From assembly GCA_005883305.1 (NCBI GenBank), contig VBAC01000002.1, forward strand, positions 178,527-242,526: a stretch of DNA of 64,000 bases, given 5' to 3'. The notes below the pieces were generated by a model. That model was not told where the DNA came from. It saw nothing but the letters and a program-made list of their open reading frames with translations, and did no database searches. Position numbers and translations under genes: made by a program. Positions 1 through 8,616 of the stretch are shown here, piece after piece (the first letter of the stretch is position 1; each line of letters begins with the position of its first letter). The DNA comes from Alphaproteobacteria bacterium (GTDB lineage: Bacteria; Pseudomonadota; Alphaproteobacteria; Sphingomonadales; Sphingomonadaceae).

Positions 1-1
1 C

Positions 2-376
2 GGCTGGCTGATTTCCGGCGACCTCGCCCGGTGCGACGGCGACGGCGTTTTCTGGATCGCCGGCCGGCACAAGGAGATGTTCATCTCGGGCGGCGAGAAC
101 GTCTATCCCGCCGAGGTGGAGAATGTCCTGGCCGCCCATCCGGGGGTCGTCGACGCCGCCGTTCTGGCGGAGACGGATCCCAAATGGGGGGAGGTCGGCC
201 GCGCTTTCGTCCAGCTCGCGCAAGGCGGCTCGCGCCCGGCGCCCGGGGAGCTCCAGGACTTCTGCCGAGCGCGGCTGGCCCCCTACAAGGTGCCGCGCCG
301 CTTCGATTTCGTCGCCGAATTCCCGCGCACCTCGGCGGGGAAGATTCAAAAGCATCTGCTGGCCCAGGGCCTGTAG
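2..376 (+). CDS. AMP-dependent synthetase/ligase (acyl-CoA synthetase family), C-terminal fragment; 5' end lies outside the window
   Basis: Frame is open from the window edge (GWLISGDLARCDGDGVFWIAGRHKEMFISGGENVYPAEVE...). C-terminal adenylate-forming motifs YKVPR and PRTSAGKIQK are present. Stop at 374-376. Confidence 0.85.
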   Translation, partial: GWLISGDLARCDGDGVFWIAGRHKEMFISGGENVYPAEVENVLAAHPGVVDAAVLAETDPKWGEVGRAFVQLAQGGSRPAPGELQDFCRARLAPYKVPRRFDFVAEFPRTSAGKIQKHLLAQGL

Positions 377-423
377 GGGGCTGCCGGCTCCCTCCCGGAA
401 GACGAGGAAGCCGCGCCCGTCGT

Positions 424-657
424 TCAGCACCAATTGCAGTACGTAATGTCCTCATAGGCGTCCAGGCGGCCGATCAGCGTGCTGTGGCCGTCGCAGTAGA
501 AGACTTCGGTGCCCGAAACCGGACCGTTGGGGTAGGGCATGTAATAAACGATCCGATCATAGCCGGGCTGGCACTGGACCTGAGCTTCCGCCGGGAAAGC
601 ATAGACGCCGATCAACGCGGCCGTGGACAGGCCGAATGCTATCAATAGCTTCTTCAT
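424..657 (-). CDS. small secreted Cys-rich hypothetical protein (77 aa)
   Basis: Signal-peptide-like N-terminus MKKLLIAFGLSTAALIGVYAFPAEA. Four Cys in the ~52-aa mature part, ending in CNWC. Strong SD (AGGAGG, 5 nt spacing) upstream of the ATG at 657. No family recognised. Confidence 0.55.
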   Translation of the reverse strand: MKKLLIAFGLSTAALIGVYAFPAEAQVQCQPGYDRIVYYMPYPNGPVSGTEVFYCDGHSTLIGRLDAYEDITYCNWC

Positions 658-876
658 GAGTCCCTCCTCTTGTTGAAGAGATCATGAAGAGGCGCCCTTC
701 GACGGCGCGAGTCAATATGCACCCAATACGGTAAAAGACCCTGCTTCAGGAGTTGAACCAAGCTCTCCGCGACTCTCGCGGCGCGGATTCTCGCCGTTTT
801 GGCGTCACGATGACGCTGCACGCCCCGTCCCCCCGGACGGGGCTGCGCAGTGCGGGGGCACCGCGCAACAGCGTCA

Positions 877-953
877 TGGTCGGGGAGAGAGGATTCGAAC
901 CTCCGGCCCCTGCCTCCCGAAGACAGTGCTCTACCAGGCTGAGCTACTCCCCG
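877..953 (-). tRNA. tRNA-Pro (anticodon CGG)
   Basis: Reverse complement folds as a cloverleaf: acceptor CGGGGAG/CTCCCCG, D arm GCTC..GAGC, anticodon stem CTGTC/GGCAG with loop TTCGGGA, T arm GGAGG-TTCGAAT-CCTCT, encoded ACCA tail. Confidence 0.93.
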
Positions 954-1019
954 ACCGATGCGCTCGGCCCCGGAGATTGAACTCCGCGGCCGGCGGGGCC
1001 GGGCGTCTATAGGGAGGGG

Positions 1020-1523
1020 TCATGCCGAGTGCAAGCGGGCGGCGCGCTCCGCCTCGATTTGCCGCAGGAGAGGCTTCGCCGCCACAGCGGCCAGCGCGCC
1101 GCTAAGCGCCAGAGCGACGATCAGCGCGAGCGGAGACGTCCCGCCGCGCTTCGCCAATTGCTCTGGCTCAGCGCCGCTCGCCACCAGCTTCTCGATCCGC
1201 CGCCGGTAGAAATAATTTCCGTAGCCCCCGGTCAAGAAGGTGAGCAGGACCAGCAGCGCCGGCGTGTACCGGCCGAGGCCCGGGACCGCCGCGCCGAGCG
1301 CGCTGACCGCGATATTGGCGAGGATGAACAAGGCGAGGGCAAGCCACATCTTGCGGAAGACCAGCCAATAGGCGCCGGCGAAGCAGGCCGCCCAATTCCA
1401 GCTGGTCACGCAGCGCCTCTCGTCCATCTCCCGCCAGCGGCGCAGATAATAATCGGCCCGAGGGCCGATCGCGGCGCGCAGCCGCTCCTCGTTCGAAAGC
1501 GCCTCGTTCCCCTTCGCTGCCAT
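1020..1523 (-). CDS. DUF2628-like integral membrane protein
   Basis: N-terminal YYLRRWREMD...SWNWAACFAGAYWLVFRKMW signature followed by two or three hydrophobic helices. ATG start at 1523. Confidence 0.65.
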   Translation of the reverse strand: MAAKGNEALSNEERLRAAIGPRADYYLRRWREMDERRCVTSWNWAACFAGAYWLVFRKMWLALALFILANIAVSALGAAVPGLGRYTPALLVLLTFLTGGYGNYFYRRRIEKLVASGAEPEQLAKRGGTSPLALIVALALSGALAAVAAKPLLRQIEAERAARLHSA

Positions 1524-1572
1524 CTCCCCCTCCCCGCCGCATTTCCGATAACCGCTCGCCCTAGCGCGATCC

Positions 1573-2874
1573 TCAGCCGCCCCGGGCGCCGAGCATCTCG
1601 GCGATCGCCACGAATTTTTCGCGTGGGGACCCTTCGCGCGCGCGGGCCGCCTCCGCCGCCTCGATCCGTTGCCAGTCGCGAAAGGTCACGATCTCGACCC
1701 CGCGGCTCTCCAGCAGCCGGTCGAGCCCGGGCCGCCCTTCCTTGCGTCCGCCGCCCTGCCCGACATCGGCCGCGATTCGCTCGGCCACCTCGTAGCCGTC
1801 CGGACGGTTGGTGCCGATCGTGCCCGTCGGGCCCCGCCGCGCCCAGCCGACGCAGTAGAGCCCGCCGCCGATCACTCCGTCGGCATTGGCGAAGCGGCCG
1901 CGATCCTCCTCATAGGCGACTCCCGGTATCGGCGGCGTCTTGTAGCCGATGCAGGTGACCACCAGCCCGCAGGGAATTTCGTACGTCTCCCCGGTGCCGA
2001 CCGCGGCGCCCCTCTCGTCGAGCCGAGTCCTTTCGACGATCAGCCGCTCCACCTTGCCCTCGCCCTCTACGGCCACCGGCTTGGCGAAGAAGTCGAATAC
2101 GATGCGCTTGGGCTTGTCCGCCGCGAGCCCCGCGAAGTCGCGCAAATGGGTCACCGATTTGCGCTGGCCGGGCTCGAGCAGGGCGTCGTCGAGCGCAGGC
2201 GGAAAATCGGCGAGGTCGACGATCGGGACGGCTTCCTCCAGATGACCGAGTTCGCCGAGCTCCTTGGGAGTCATCGCGATCTGGTGAGGCCCGCGCCGGC
2301 CGAGCACGTCGATCCTTCGGATCGCCGAATTGCCGAGCTTCGAGAAAGCGTGGGCGACGATGTCCGATCCGGCGAACTCGGCCGGAGTCTTGGAAAGGAT
2401 CCGAGCGACGTCGAGAGCGACGTTGCCGTTGCCGATCACCGCGGCGGCCTCGACGTCCAGCGGCGGATCGAGATCGGCGAATTCGGGATGGCCGTTATAC
2501 CAGCCGACGAACGCCGCCGATCCGACCACGCCGGGGAGGTCGCCGCCCGGTATCTCAAGGGTCCGGTCGTCAGGCGCGCCGGTGGCGAGGATGACCGCAT
2601 CGTAGAGCTCGAGCAATTCGGGGATCGAAACGTCGCGCCCGACCAGCACGTTGCCGACGAAGCGCACATTTTCGCTCAGAGCGACCTTTTCGTAGCGCTT
2701 GGCGACGGCCTTGATCGACTGGTGATCGGGCGCGACTCCGAAGCGGATCAGGCCGTAGGGGACCGGCATTCGGTCGATCATGTCGACCCGGACGCCGTCG
2801 CCGAAATTCTTCTGCAGCGCCTCCGCGCAATAATAGCCGGCGGGGCCCGACCCGATCACCGCTACATGCCGCAT
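1573..2874 (-). CDS. FAD-dependent ferredoxin-NADP(+) reductase, adrenodoxin-reductase/FprA type
   Basis: N-terminal Rossmann motif VAVIGSGPAGYY and a second dinucleotide motif AAVIGNGNVALDVARIL. Overall 433-aa layout matches FprA / GltD-like oxidoreductases. Confidence 0.8.
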   Translation of the reverse strand: MRHVAVIGSGPAGYYCAEALQKNFGDGVRVDMIDRMPVPYGLIRFGVAPDHQSIKAVAKRYEKVALSENVRFVGNVLVGRDVSIPELLELYDAVILATGAPDDRTLEIPGGDLPGVVGSAAFVGWYNGHPEFADLDPPLDVEAAAVIGNGNVALDVARILSKTPAEFAGSDIVAHAFSKLGNSAIRRIDVLGRRGPHQIAMTPKELGELGHLEEAVPIVDLADFPPALDDALLEPGQRKSVTHLRDFAGLAADKPKRIVFDFFAKPVAVEGEGKVERLIVERTRLDERGAAVGTGETYEIPCGLVVTCIGYKTPPIPGVAYEEDRGRFANADGVIGGGLYCVGWARRGPTGTIGTNRPDGYEVAERIAADVGQGGGRKEGRPGLDRLLESRGVEIVTFRDWQRIEAAEAARAREGSPREKFVAIAEMLGARGG

Positions 2875-2928
2875 CCCGCCTCCCGTTCGCTTTGCCCGGC
2901 GGGTGTAGCGCGCCGGGGACGGGGCGCG

Positions 2929-3249
2929 CTAGGCCTTCTTCGTGCGGTCCTCGAGCAGCTCGGGGGCGGAGCGCCTGAGGCCCGCCTCGATCGCCTTGCC
3001 GAAGAAGGCGAGCGCGGGCGGGAGAACCACGGTCACCCGCACCAGGCTCTCGCGCACGTCGAGCGAGGCGTCGATCTCCTGCCCCATGACGGCGACGCCG
3101 AGCCTCATGAGATCGCCCTCCCATTGCGAGCGCACCTGCGCGCCCGAGGGCAGATGGGCGGTGAGCCCGCCGACGTTGCTGGCGATGCGCCTCTTGGCCT
3201 CCTCGGCTCCGAGGCGGTGGGGGAGGTCGACGCTGATGGGTGCGCTCAT
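2929..3249 (-). CDS. putative polyhydroxyalkanoic acid system protein (PHA_gran_rgn-like), 106 aa
   Basis: Size and pattern (ISVDLPHRLGAEEAKRRI..., central W.GD, C-terminal LPxxLxxFxxxIE) recalled from the TIGR02610-type family. Not verified by search. Confidence 0.45.
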   Translation of the reverse strand: MSAPISVDLPHRLGAEEAKRRIASNVGGLTAHLPSGAQVRSQWEGDLMRLGVAVMGQEIDASLDVRESLVRVTVVLPPALAFFGKAIEAGLRRSAPELLEDRTKKA

Positions 3250-3292
3250 GCGCCCAGTCTAGGGACGCGGCGCGCGAGCCGCAACGCCCCCC

Positions 3293-3967
3293 TCAGGCGT
3301 TGAAAACGTTGCAGTTCTTCGGCGTCGCGTTGCCGACGTTGGTGATCACCTGATTGGTCCGCTGGCGCACGTTGAAGGCGCTTTCGTAGCGGATGATTCG
3401 AGTCCCGAAGATCGTATCCGAGACGAGCGGCTGGTAGTTGTAGACCACCTCGACGAGCATGATCGCGGTCCCCGTCGTCGCCGCGATCCGGTTTCCGGGA
3501 GGGCCCACCGCCTGCAGATTGGCGTTGTTCTGGCCGGTGCCCTGGGGGCCGTAACTGGAGGCGACGTTGCGCGCTCCGTCGCAGCGCTGCCATCGGATCC
3601 ACTGGCCGGTGCTGGCGCCGTTCAGGCCGGCCGCGTTCGGCTCGACGCTGGAAAGGATGATCCGCCCGTTCTGGCGGAAGCGGATGCTGTCGCCGGTCAT
3701 CTTCGCGCCGGTCAGAAGCTCGATGACGTTGGCTTCGTCGATGCTGTCGCGAACCCGCGCCGCATTGTCGGCGGCGAGCATGGCGATGTTGCTGACTCGA
3801 AGGTGCGCCATGGCGAGGTTGGCGGTTTCGAGCCCGACCAGGCCGAGCGTGACGAGCACCGGCAAAGCCATGGCGAATTCGATGAAGGCGAGGCCGCCTT
3901 CGCAAGCGCGCAGGCGCCGAGCGAAGCGCGCGCCGCGCCGCAGCGGGGCGGGAAGGGTCAGTTGCAT
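3293..3967 (-). CDS. TadE-like Flp-pilus pseudopilin/assembly protein
   Basis: TadE N-terminal motif GGLAFIEFAMALPVLVTLGLVGLE. ATG at 3967 overlaps the upstream TadE-like stop by 10 nt. Confidence 0.7.
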   Translation of the reverse strand: MQLTLPAPLRRGARFARRLRACEGGLAFIEFAMALPVLVTLGLVGLETANLAMAHLRVSNIAMLAADNAARVRDSIDEANVIELLTGAKMTGDSIRFRQNGRIILSSVEPNAAGLNGASTGQWIRWQRCDGARNVASSYGPQGTGQNNANLQAVGPPGNRIAATTGTAIMLVEVVYNYQPLVSDTIFGTRIIRYESAFNVRQRTNQVITNVGNATPKNCNVFNA

Positions 3968-4548
3968 CGGATCGACACCCCGGTGTTGCGGGCCGCGAAG
4001 GGCTGGTTGCGCAGCACGGTATTCTGGTTGATCGTGACGTTGTCGCTCCAGCCGAAGAGATTCCCGACCGGGACGATTCGCGGATAGACCATCCGCACCT
4101 CGAAATAGACGACGTCCTCGGCATTGCCCATGCCGGTGCGGCCCCGATCGAGATCAAATTGGCCGTTGCCGTTGAAATCCTGGTAGCAATCCCCGGCATT
4201 ATACTGGCCGAGCGGCACCGTATCCTGGGTGATCGTCTCGGGCGTCCTGACCCCGGTGAAGTCCGCATAGGAGCGGGTCGTGACGGTCACCGTCGCGTCG
4301 CGCGAGAAGTCCCGAAGCCTGGTTCGGACCTGGGCCGCGATCGTGTCGGTCGAAATACCGCCGACGGTGCCCATCCGCGCCGCCTCGTGAAGCGCCCCCT
4401 GCACGATCGACGAGACGTAGCTGCGGTAGCCGAGGTCGACCACGCCGACCAGCAGGCCGCACATCACCGGCAGGATCAAAGCGAACTCGACGATCGTCGC
4501 TCCGCCGGCGTCGCGCCGCAGCGCGCGGAGGAAGGAACGGCGGCTCAC
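3958..4548 (-). CDS. TadE-like Flp-pilus pseudopilin/assembly protein (196 aa from an internal GTG start)
   Basis: Motif GGATIVEFALILPVMCGLLVGVVDLG. The track ORF (to 5070) runs far into tadG. The GTG at 4548 forms a GTGA overlap with the tadG-like stop (4545-4547). Confidence 0.7.
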   Translation of the reverse strand: MSRRSFLRALRRDAGGATIVEFALILPVMCGLLVGVVDLGYRSYVSSIVQGALHEAARMGTVGGISTDTIAAQVRTRLRDFSRDATVTVTTRSYADFTGVRTPETITQDTVPLGQYNAGDCYQDFNGNGQFDLDRGRTGMGNAEDVVYFEVRMVYPRIVPVGNLFGWSDNVTINQNTVLRNQPFAARNTGVSIRCN

Positions 4549-6524
4549 TGCGTCAGCCTCAGAGCGCCGATGTTGCTGCCGATCTGGCGGAAGCGGGCGA
4601 TGAGGGCGTTGCGGTCCGAGATGGTCGACGCCTGGTTGGCATTGCTCGCGCAGCCCTGCATCTCGCTGGTCAGAGTCGTCCCGAAGGCGATCACCCAGAT
4701 CGAGATGTTCAGGCTCTTGGCCGCGTTGCAGATCATCTTGAACCGCTGCATGTGGCGGCCGTTGAGCTCGGCTTCGGTCGGAGCGGCCTGGCCGCTCACG
4801 CGCTGGTCGTTCTTTTCGATGCCCATGAAGGTGTAGATGCCGGGATCGGTATCCATCTGGCCGTCGGTCATGAAGATGATGTGCCGCGCGACGGGCATCG
4901 AATTGTACGTGTCCGGGCTGTCGTGGAAGATGCCGCCGCTCGAGAGCATCCGAGCGCCCCACAGCATGCCGATGTCGTGATAGGTACTTCCGGTCGGCGT
5001 GAGCGCGTTGACATAGGACTGCATTGCGCTGCGGGTGAACGCGGTGAGGCGCACCGCCGCCGCGGGGCAAGCCGAGCCGACCGGCGAGTTTACGCCGCTG
5101 GTCGAAGAGGTGCGGCTATAGGCGAGCTGCGGCAGCGCCGGGTGCCAGCGCGTGGCGTCGTTGGTCGGGATGAGGTTGATGTCCAGATCGTAAGCGGTCG
5201 CCGGAATCGCCAGGTTCGCCGGCGTGGTCGACGTGATCAGATTCGGTGCGGCGGTCTGCCTCTCCTCGATGCAGCCGGCCCAGGTGATATTCGTCTTCGT
5301 TATCTGAGCGCCGGCGACACCGAGCTCTTCTCCGTCATAGATTCCGGGCGTCGTGACGTAGCCGTCATTCGTGACGTCGTTGTCGTTTGATATGGTGGTG
5401 GCGGCTGTCGCGATCTGGATCGGAGTGCCGAGCTTGTACTGGCTGACGTCGATCGGCTCCTGCTGCCACAAGGTGGCGCTCCAGCGATAGCGCGTCTCGT
5501 AGGTCGGCGTGTTGACCTGGACATAGTGGCGACGGCAGGAACGGCTGTTGGAGGAGGTGTCCGGCGCGCCGGGCCATCCCCAGTCGACGCCGCTGGTTTC
5601 GTCGTTCGAGAAGGTGCGCGTCCAGCTCGGCTGCGGAGCCGGGCCGCCGCCCTGATTGGCGCTCGGGGTGAAGCCGCTGAACGCGACGTTGCGGCCGTAT
5701 TTGTCGCAATCGGTCTGCGAAATCGAACTGCCGTAGACCTGCGTCACCGGCGCCTGGGGCGGATCGGGATCGCCGACATAGGTCAGCTGGTCGTAGCGGG
5801 CGACGCGCGACTGCACGGCCGAGCTGTTGACCAGATAATCGGGATTCACGCCGCGGATCAGCGTCCCGACGTTGACCGTGCTCGAATAAGGCACGACTCC
5901 GTAGCGCAGCCGCATGCCGTTCGCTTCGAGCTGAGTCTGGATCGGCGCGAGCTCGTCGTAGAGCGCCATCACCGCGTCGCGCAGCGAAACGATCTTGTTG
6001 GTGCCGTTGAGCGGATCGGCCATCGATCCGGTGACGTCGAGGACCAGCATCACGTCCGTATTCACGAAGTTCAACGATGCGTCGCAGGTGACGTTGAGCG
6101 GCATCGAATCGAAGCCGAGGATGCGCATGATGGAGGTCGGTATGCGCGTCGAGGCGCTCACTCGGATCGTTCCTGACGTCGGCCGGGTGATGCTGGGCGT
6201 GAACGGGCGAGTTTGGTAGAGGCCCTGCTGGAAGTTGAAGTTGAAGAAGCGGGTGGCCTCGGTGCGCACGTTGGTGTCGAGCGTGTCGTTGACCATCACC
6301 CGGCGGCCGGCGAGGGCGGCGGCGTCGCAGGCGCTCTGCAGGCGGGTCTTGGCCATGTAGGCGCGGCTCATGTCGACTCCCGAGCCGATCATCGCCGCCA
6401 GCGGCACCAGAGCGGCGCCCAGAATCGCAAGCGTGTTGCCGCGCGAATCGCTGCGCAGCCGCGTCAGGAACCCCTTGCCATGTGCAGGAGACGCGTCCGG
6501 GGCGCGCCCGTCGGATTGGTGCAT
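4545..6524 (-). CDS. TadG-like protein: N-terminal TadE/G-like membrane anchor plus von Willebrand A domain (659 aa)
   Basis: N-terminus RGNTLAILGAALVPLAAMIGSGVDMSRAY (TadE/G-like). vWA MIDAS-like DVMLVLDVTGSM, later IIFMTDGQ and ISIWVIAFG. GGAGGG SD upstream of the ATG at 6524. Confidence 0.75.
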   Translation of the reverse strand: MHQSDGRAPDASPAHGKGFLTRLRSDSRGNTLAILGAALVPLAAMIGSGVDMSRAYMAKTRLQSACDAAALAGRRVMVNDTLDTNVRTEATRFFNFNFQQGLYQTRPFTPSITRPTSGTIRVSASTRIPTSIMRILGFDSMPLNVTCDASLNFVNTDVMLVLDVTGSMADPLNGTNKIVSLRDAVMALYDELAPIQTQLEANGMRLRYGVVPYSSTVNVGTLIRGVNPDYLVNSSAVQSRVARYDQLTYVGDPDPPQAPVTQVYGSSISQTDCDKYGRNVAFSGFTPSANQGGGPAPQPSWTRTFSNDETSGVDWGWPGAPDTSSNSRSCRRHYVQVNTPTYETRYRWSATLWQQEPIDVSQYKLGTPIQIATAATTISNDNDVTNDGYVTTPGIYDGEELGVAGAQITKTNITWAGCIEERQTAAPNLITSTTPANLAIPATAYDLDINLIPTNDATRWHPALPQLAYSRTSSTSGVNSPVGSACPAAAVRLTAFTRSAMQSYVNALTPTGSTYHDIGMLWGARMLSSGGIFHDSPDTYNSMPVARHIIFMTDGQMDTDPGIYTFMGIEKNDQRVSGQAAPTEAELNGRHMQRFKMICNAAKSLNISIWVIAFGTTLTSEMQGCASNANQASTISDRNALIARFRQIGSNIGALRLTQ

Positions 6525-6657
6525 CTTTATCCCTCCAAGGCCCTGTCGGGCTCTTCGCGAGGGTGCTTTTGCCCGATTAAAGCTAATCGCCGCTCAAAGG
6601 GTCTGGTTACCGTCCCATTAGCTATGCCGGGCGCATTCGCGCTGCTATCGAAAGCCG

Positions 6658-7410
6658 ATGCGGACCCTCCTTACGCTCGCCTTCGCCCTCCTCTTCCTGA
6701 CCGCCGCGCCCACGCCCGCGCGCGCGCAGGAACTGCCCGTCGGTCAGGGCGAGGCCGAGTATCAGGCCTGGCTCGCCGCCGGCGGCCCGGGCCGTCAGGG
6801 CCAGGTGCTGTCGTTCGAATCCTGGCAGGACGTGGCCGGCGTTCGCGGCGTTCTTCCGACATGGCAGGTGATCCGGACCGCGAGCATGTGGCGCGAATGC
6901 GGCGGCCAGCCGTTCGAGGTGCCGCCCTTCACGCTCTGGCCCGGAATGGTCGACACGCTCCGCTTCATCCGCGACCATGTGAAGCCCGCGGTCGGCGAGG
7001 TCGAGGCGGTCTCCGGCTACCGCAACCCCGCGCTCAACAATTGCGCCCGCGGCTCCGAGCGAAGCGCCCACCTCGATTTCTTCGCGCTCGACCTGGTGCC
7101 CAAGCGGCCGACCACGCGGCGGCAATTGTTCGAGGAGATCTGCCCGGTCCACGCGCGCTACGGAGCGGCGGCCGGCGTCGGCCTCGGCTTCTACACGTTC
7201 ACCCGATTCCACATCGACACGCGAAGCTTCCGCCGCTGGGGCAGCGCCGGTCCGGCGGGCAACGAAAGCCCCTGCGCGGTACTCGAGCGCGGCGGCGACC
7301 CGGAGGCGGTGCCGGTCCGGCCGTCGACCGTCCCGGTGGCTCAGCCGCCGGTGATGCCGTTCCAGCCCAACGTGACCAGCCCGCCCCCGGCGCCGGTGCC
7401 GCCGCGCTAG
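6658..7410 (+). CDS. secreted peptidase M15 family (D-Ala-D-Ala carboxypeptidase-fold metallohydrolase), Pro-rich C-terminal tail
   Basis: Signal peptide MRTLLTLAFALLFLTAAPTPARA. Zn-ligand pattern SAHLDFFALD (H-x6-D) and FHID. Confidence 0.65.
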   Translation: MRTLLTLAFALLFLTAAPTPARAQELPVGQGEAEYQAWLAAGGPGRQGQVLSFESWQDVAGVRGVLPTWQVIRTASMWRECGGQPFEVPPFTLWPGMVDTLRFIRDHVKPAVGEVEAVSGYRNPALNNCARGSERSAHLDFFALDLVPKRPTTRRQLFEEICPVHARYGAAAGVGLGFYTFTRFHIDTRSFRRWGSAGPAGNESPCAVLERGGDPEAVPVRPSTVPVAQPPVMPFQPNVTSPPPAPVPPR

Positions 7411-7446
7411 CTCCCCTTCCTTCAGGGAAGGGGGATGGAGTGGATC

Positions 7447-7595
7447 GTTCCCCGGCGAAGGCCGGGGTCCAGGCCGGCGCGAGCCGGGTTCGAATGGACT
7501 AACGAAGCTCCACCGCGCAAATCCCCAGCGCGGCGAGTCCGCTGCCAGCCTTCCAGAAGCCTTCGGCTCCTGGGCCCCGGCCTTCGCCGGGGAAC
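7447..7595. repeat. intergenic inverted-repeat element, family A (27-nt termini gttccccggcgaaggccggggtccagg / cctgggccccggccttcgccggggaac)
   Basis: Termini at 7447-7473 and 7569-7595 are reverse complements, and each arm holds its own ccccgg-cgaa-ggccgggg hairpin. The same termini recur at 23830-23924 and 35671-35774. Confidence 0.7.
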
Positions 7596-7767
7596 GGTTC
7601 AGGAGCTGACTCCGAGGTTTTCTGGATTGCCGCGACCTGCCTCGCAACTAGCGACGCGCGGCGCCCGCCCGCATGGTTCCGCAGCCCGTCCCGCGGTTTG
7701 AACGACTCGTCGCCTCTGCACGGCCGCAGCGCCTTGAAGACCGCGATATTCTCCCTATCTTGTTGAA

Positions 7768-8517
7768 ATGCGACAATTTATCACGGCGGCCGCGCTAGCG
7801 GCAACGCTCTTTCTCGCGCCCGGCGCGTCCTTGGGTGTGACCCAGGATCAGCCCGTGCAGACCGCAACCGTGCAGGCGCAGGCGCCCACGCCGGAGGTGT
7901 CGCCGGCCGCGGCTTACGGGCTTCCCGCCGGCCACGATCACGACCATGAATCCGGCCTCGCGCCGGGACAGGATGCGGCGCAGTTCCGCGCCTGGCTGGG
8001 CCGCTCCAGCGCCAACCGGGCGGCGATCGATGCCTTTCAGGCTCGGCTGACCGCCGAGGGCGTGGCCGGCGTCGTTCCGCTGTGGCAGCTGGTGCGCACC
8101 TCCTCGTCGTGGCGCGAATGCGGGGCGGAGCCGTTCGAGGTCGCGCCGGCCGATAAGTGGGACCATATCGTCGAGACGCTTCGGTTCGTGCGCGACAAGG
8201 TGAAGCCCGCGGTCGGCGAGGTCGAGGCGCTCAGCGCCTATCGCAACGAGCATCTCAACGCCTGCTCGGCCGGAGCGCCGCGAAGCGCCCACCGGCAGTT
8301 CTTCGCGCTCGATCTGACCCCGGTGAACGCCGCCGTGACCCGATCGGCCATGATCCAAAGCGTCTGCCGCGCCCACGCCCACGACGGGCGCAGCTACGAC
8401 GCCGGGCTCGGCTTCTATTCGGGCCGGCGATTTCATGTCGATTCGAACGGGTATCGCAAATGGGGGCCGGATGGCCGGGGCGCGAGCAGCCCCTGTGCCG
8501 CGGTGCGCCAAGCCTGA
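7768..8517 (+). CDS. secreted peptidase M15 family, paralog of 6658-7410
   Basis: Signal peptide MRQFITAAALAATLFLAPGASLG. Aligns by eye with the neighbour (WQxVRTxSxWRECGxxPFEV...LRFxRDxVKPAVGEVEAxSxYRN...RSAHxxFFALDL...GLGFY...FHxD). Confidence 0.65.
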   Translation: MRQFITAAALAATLFLAPGASLGVTQDQPVQTATVQAQAPTPEVSPAAAYGLPAGHDHDHESGLAPGQDAAQFRAWLGRSSANRAAIDAFQARLTAEGVAGVVPLWQLVRTSSSWRECGAEPFEVAPADKWDHIVETLRFVRDKVKPAVGEVEALSAYRNEHLNACSAGAPRSAHRQFFALDLTPVNAAVTRSAMIQSVCRAHAHDGRSYDAGLGFYSGRRFHVDSNGYRKWGPDGRGASSPCAAVRQA

Positions 8518-8616
8518 TTAGAGCGATGGCGTGGAGCCGCCGCGCCTAAGCGCAAAGCCGGCGGACCGCCCGCCAGAGACCCTCGGTGAGCGAGACGTAC
8601 CCGATACCTTGACGGA

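Noticed and set aside
7411-7767. CRISPR-like appearance of repeated GC-rich hairpins in intergenic regions
   Set aside because: The repeats are inverted, not direct. They are not regularly spaced with unique spacers, they occur singly at scattered loci, and no cas genes are present.
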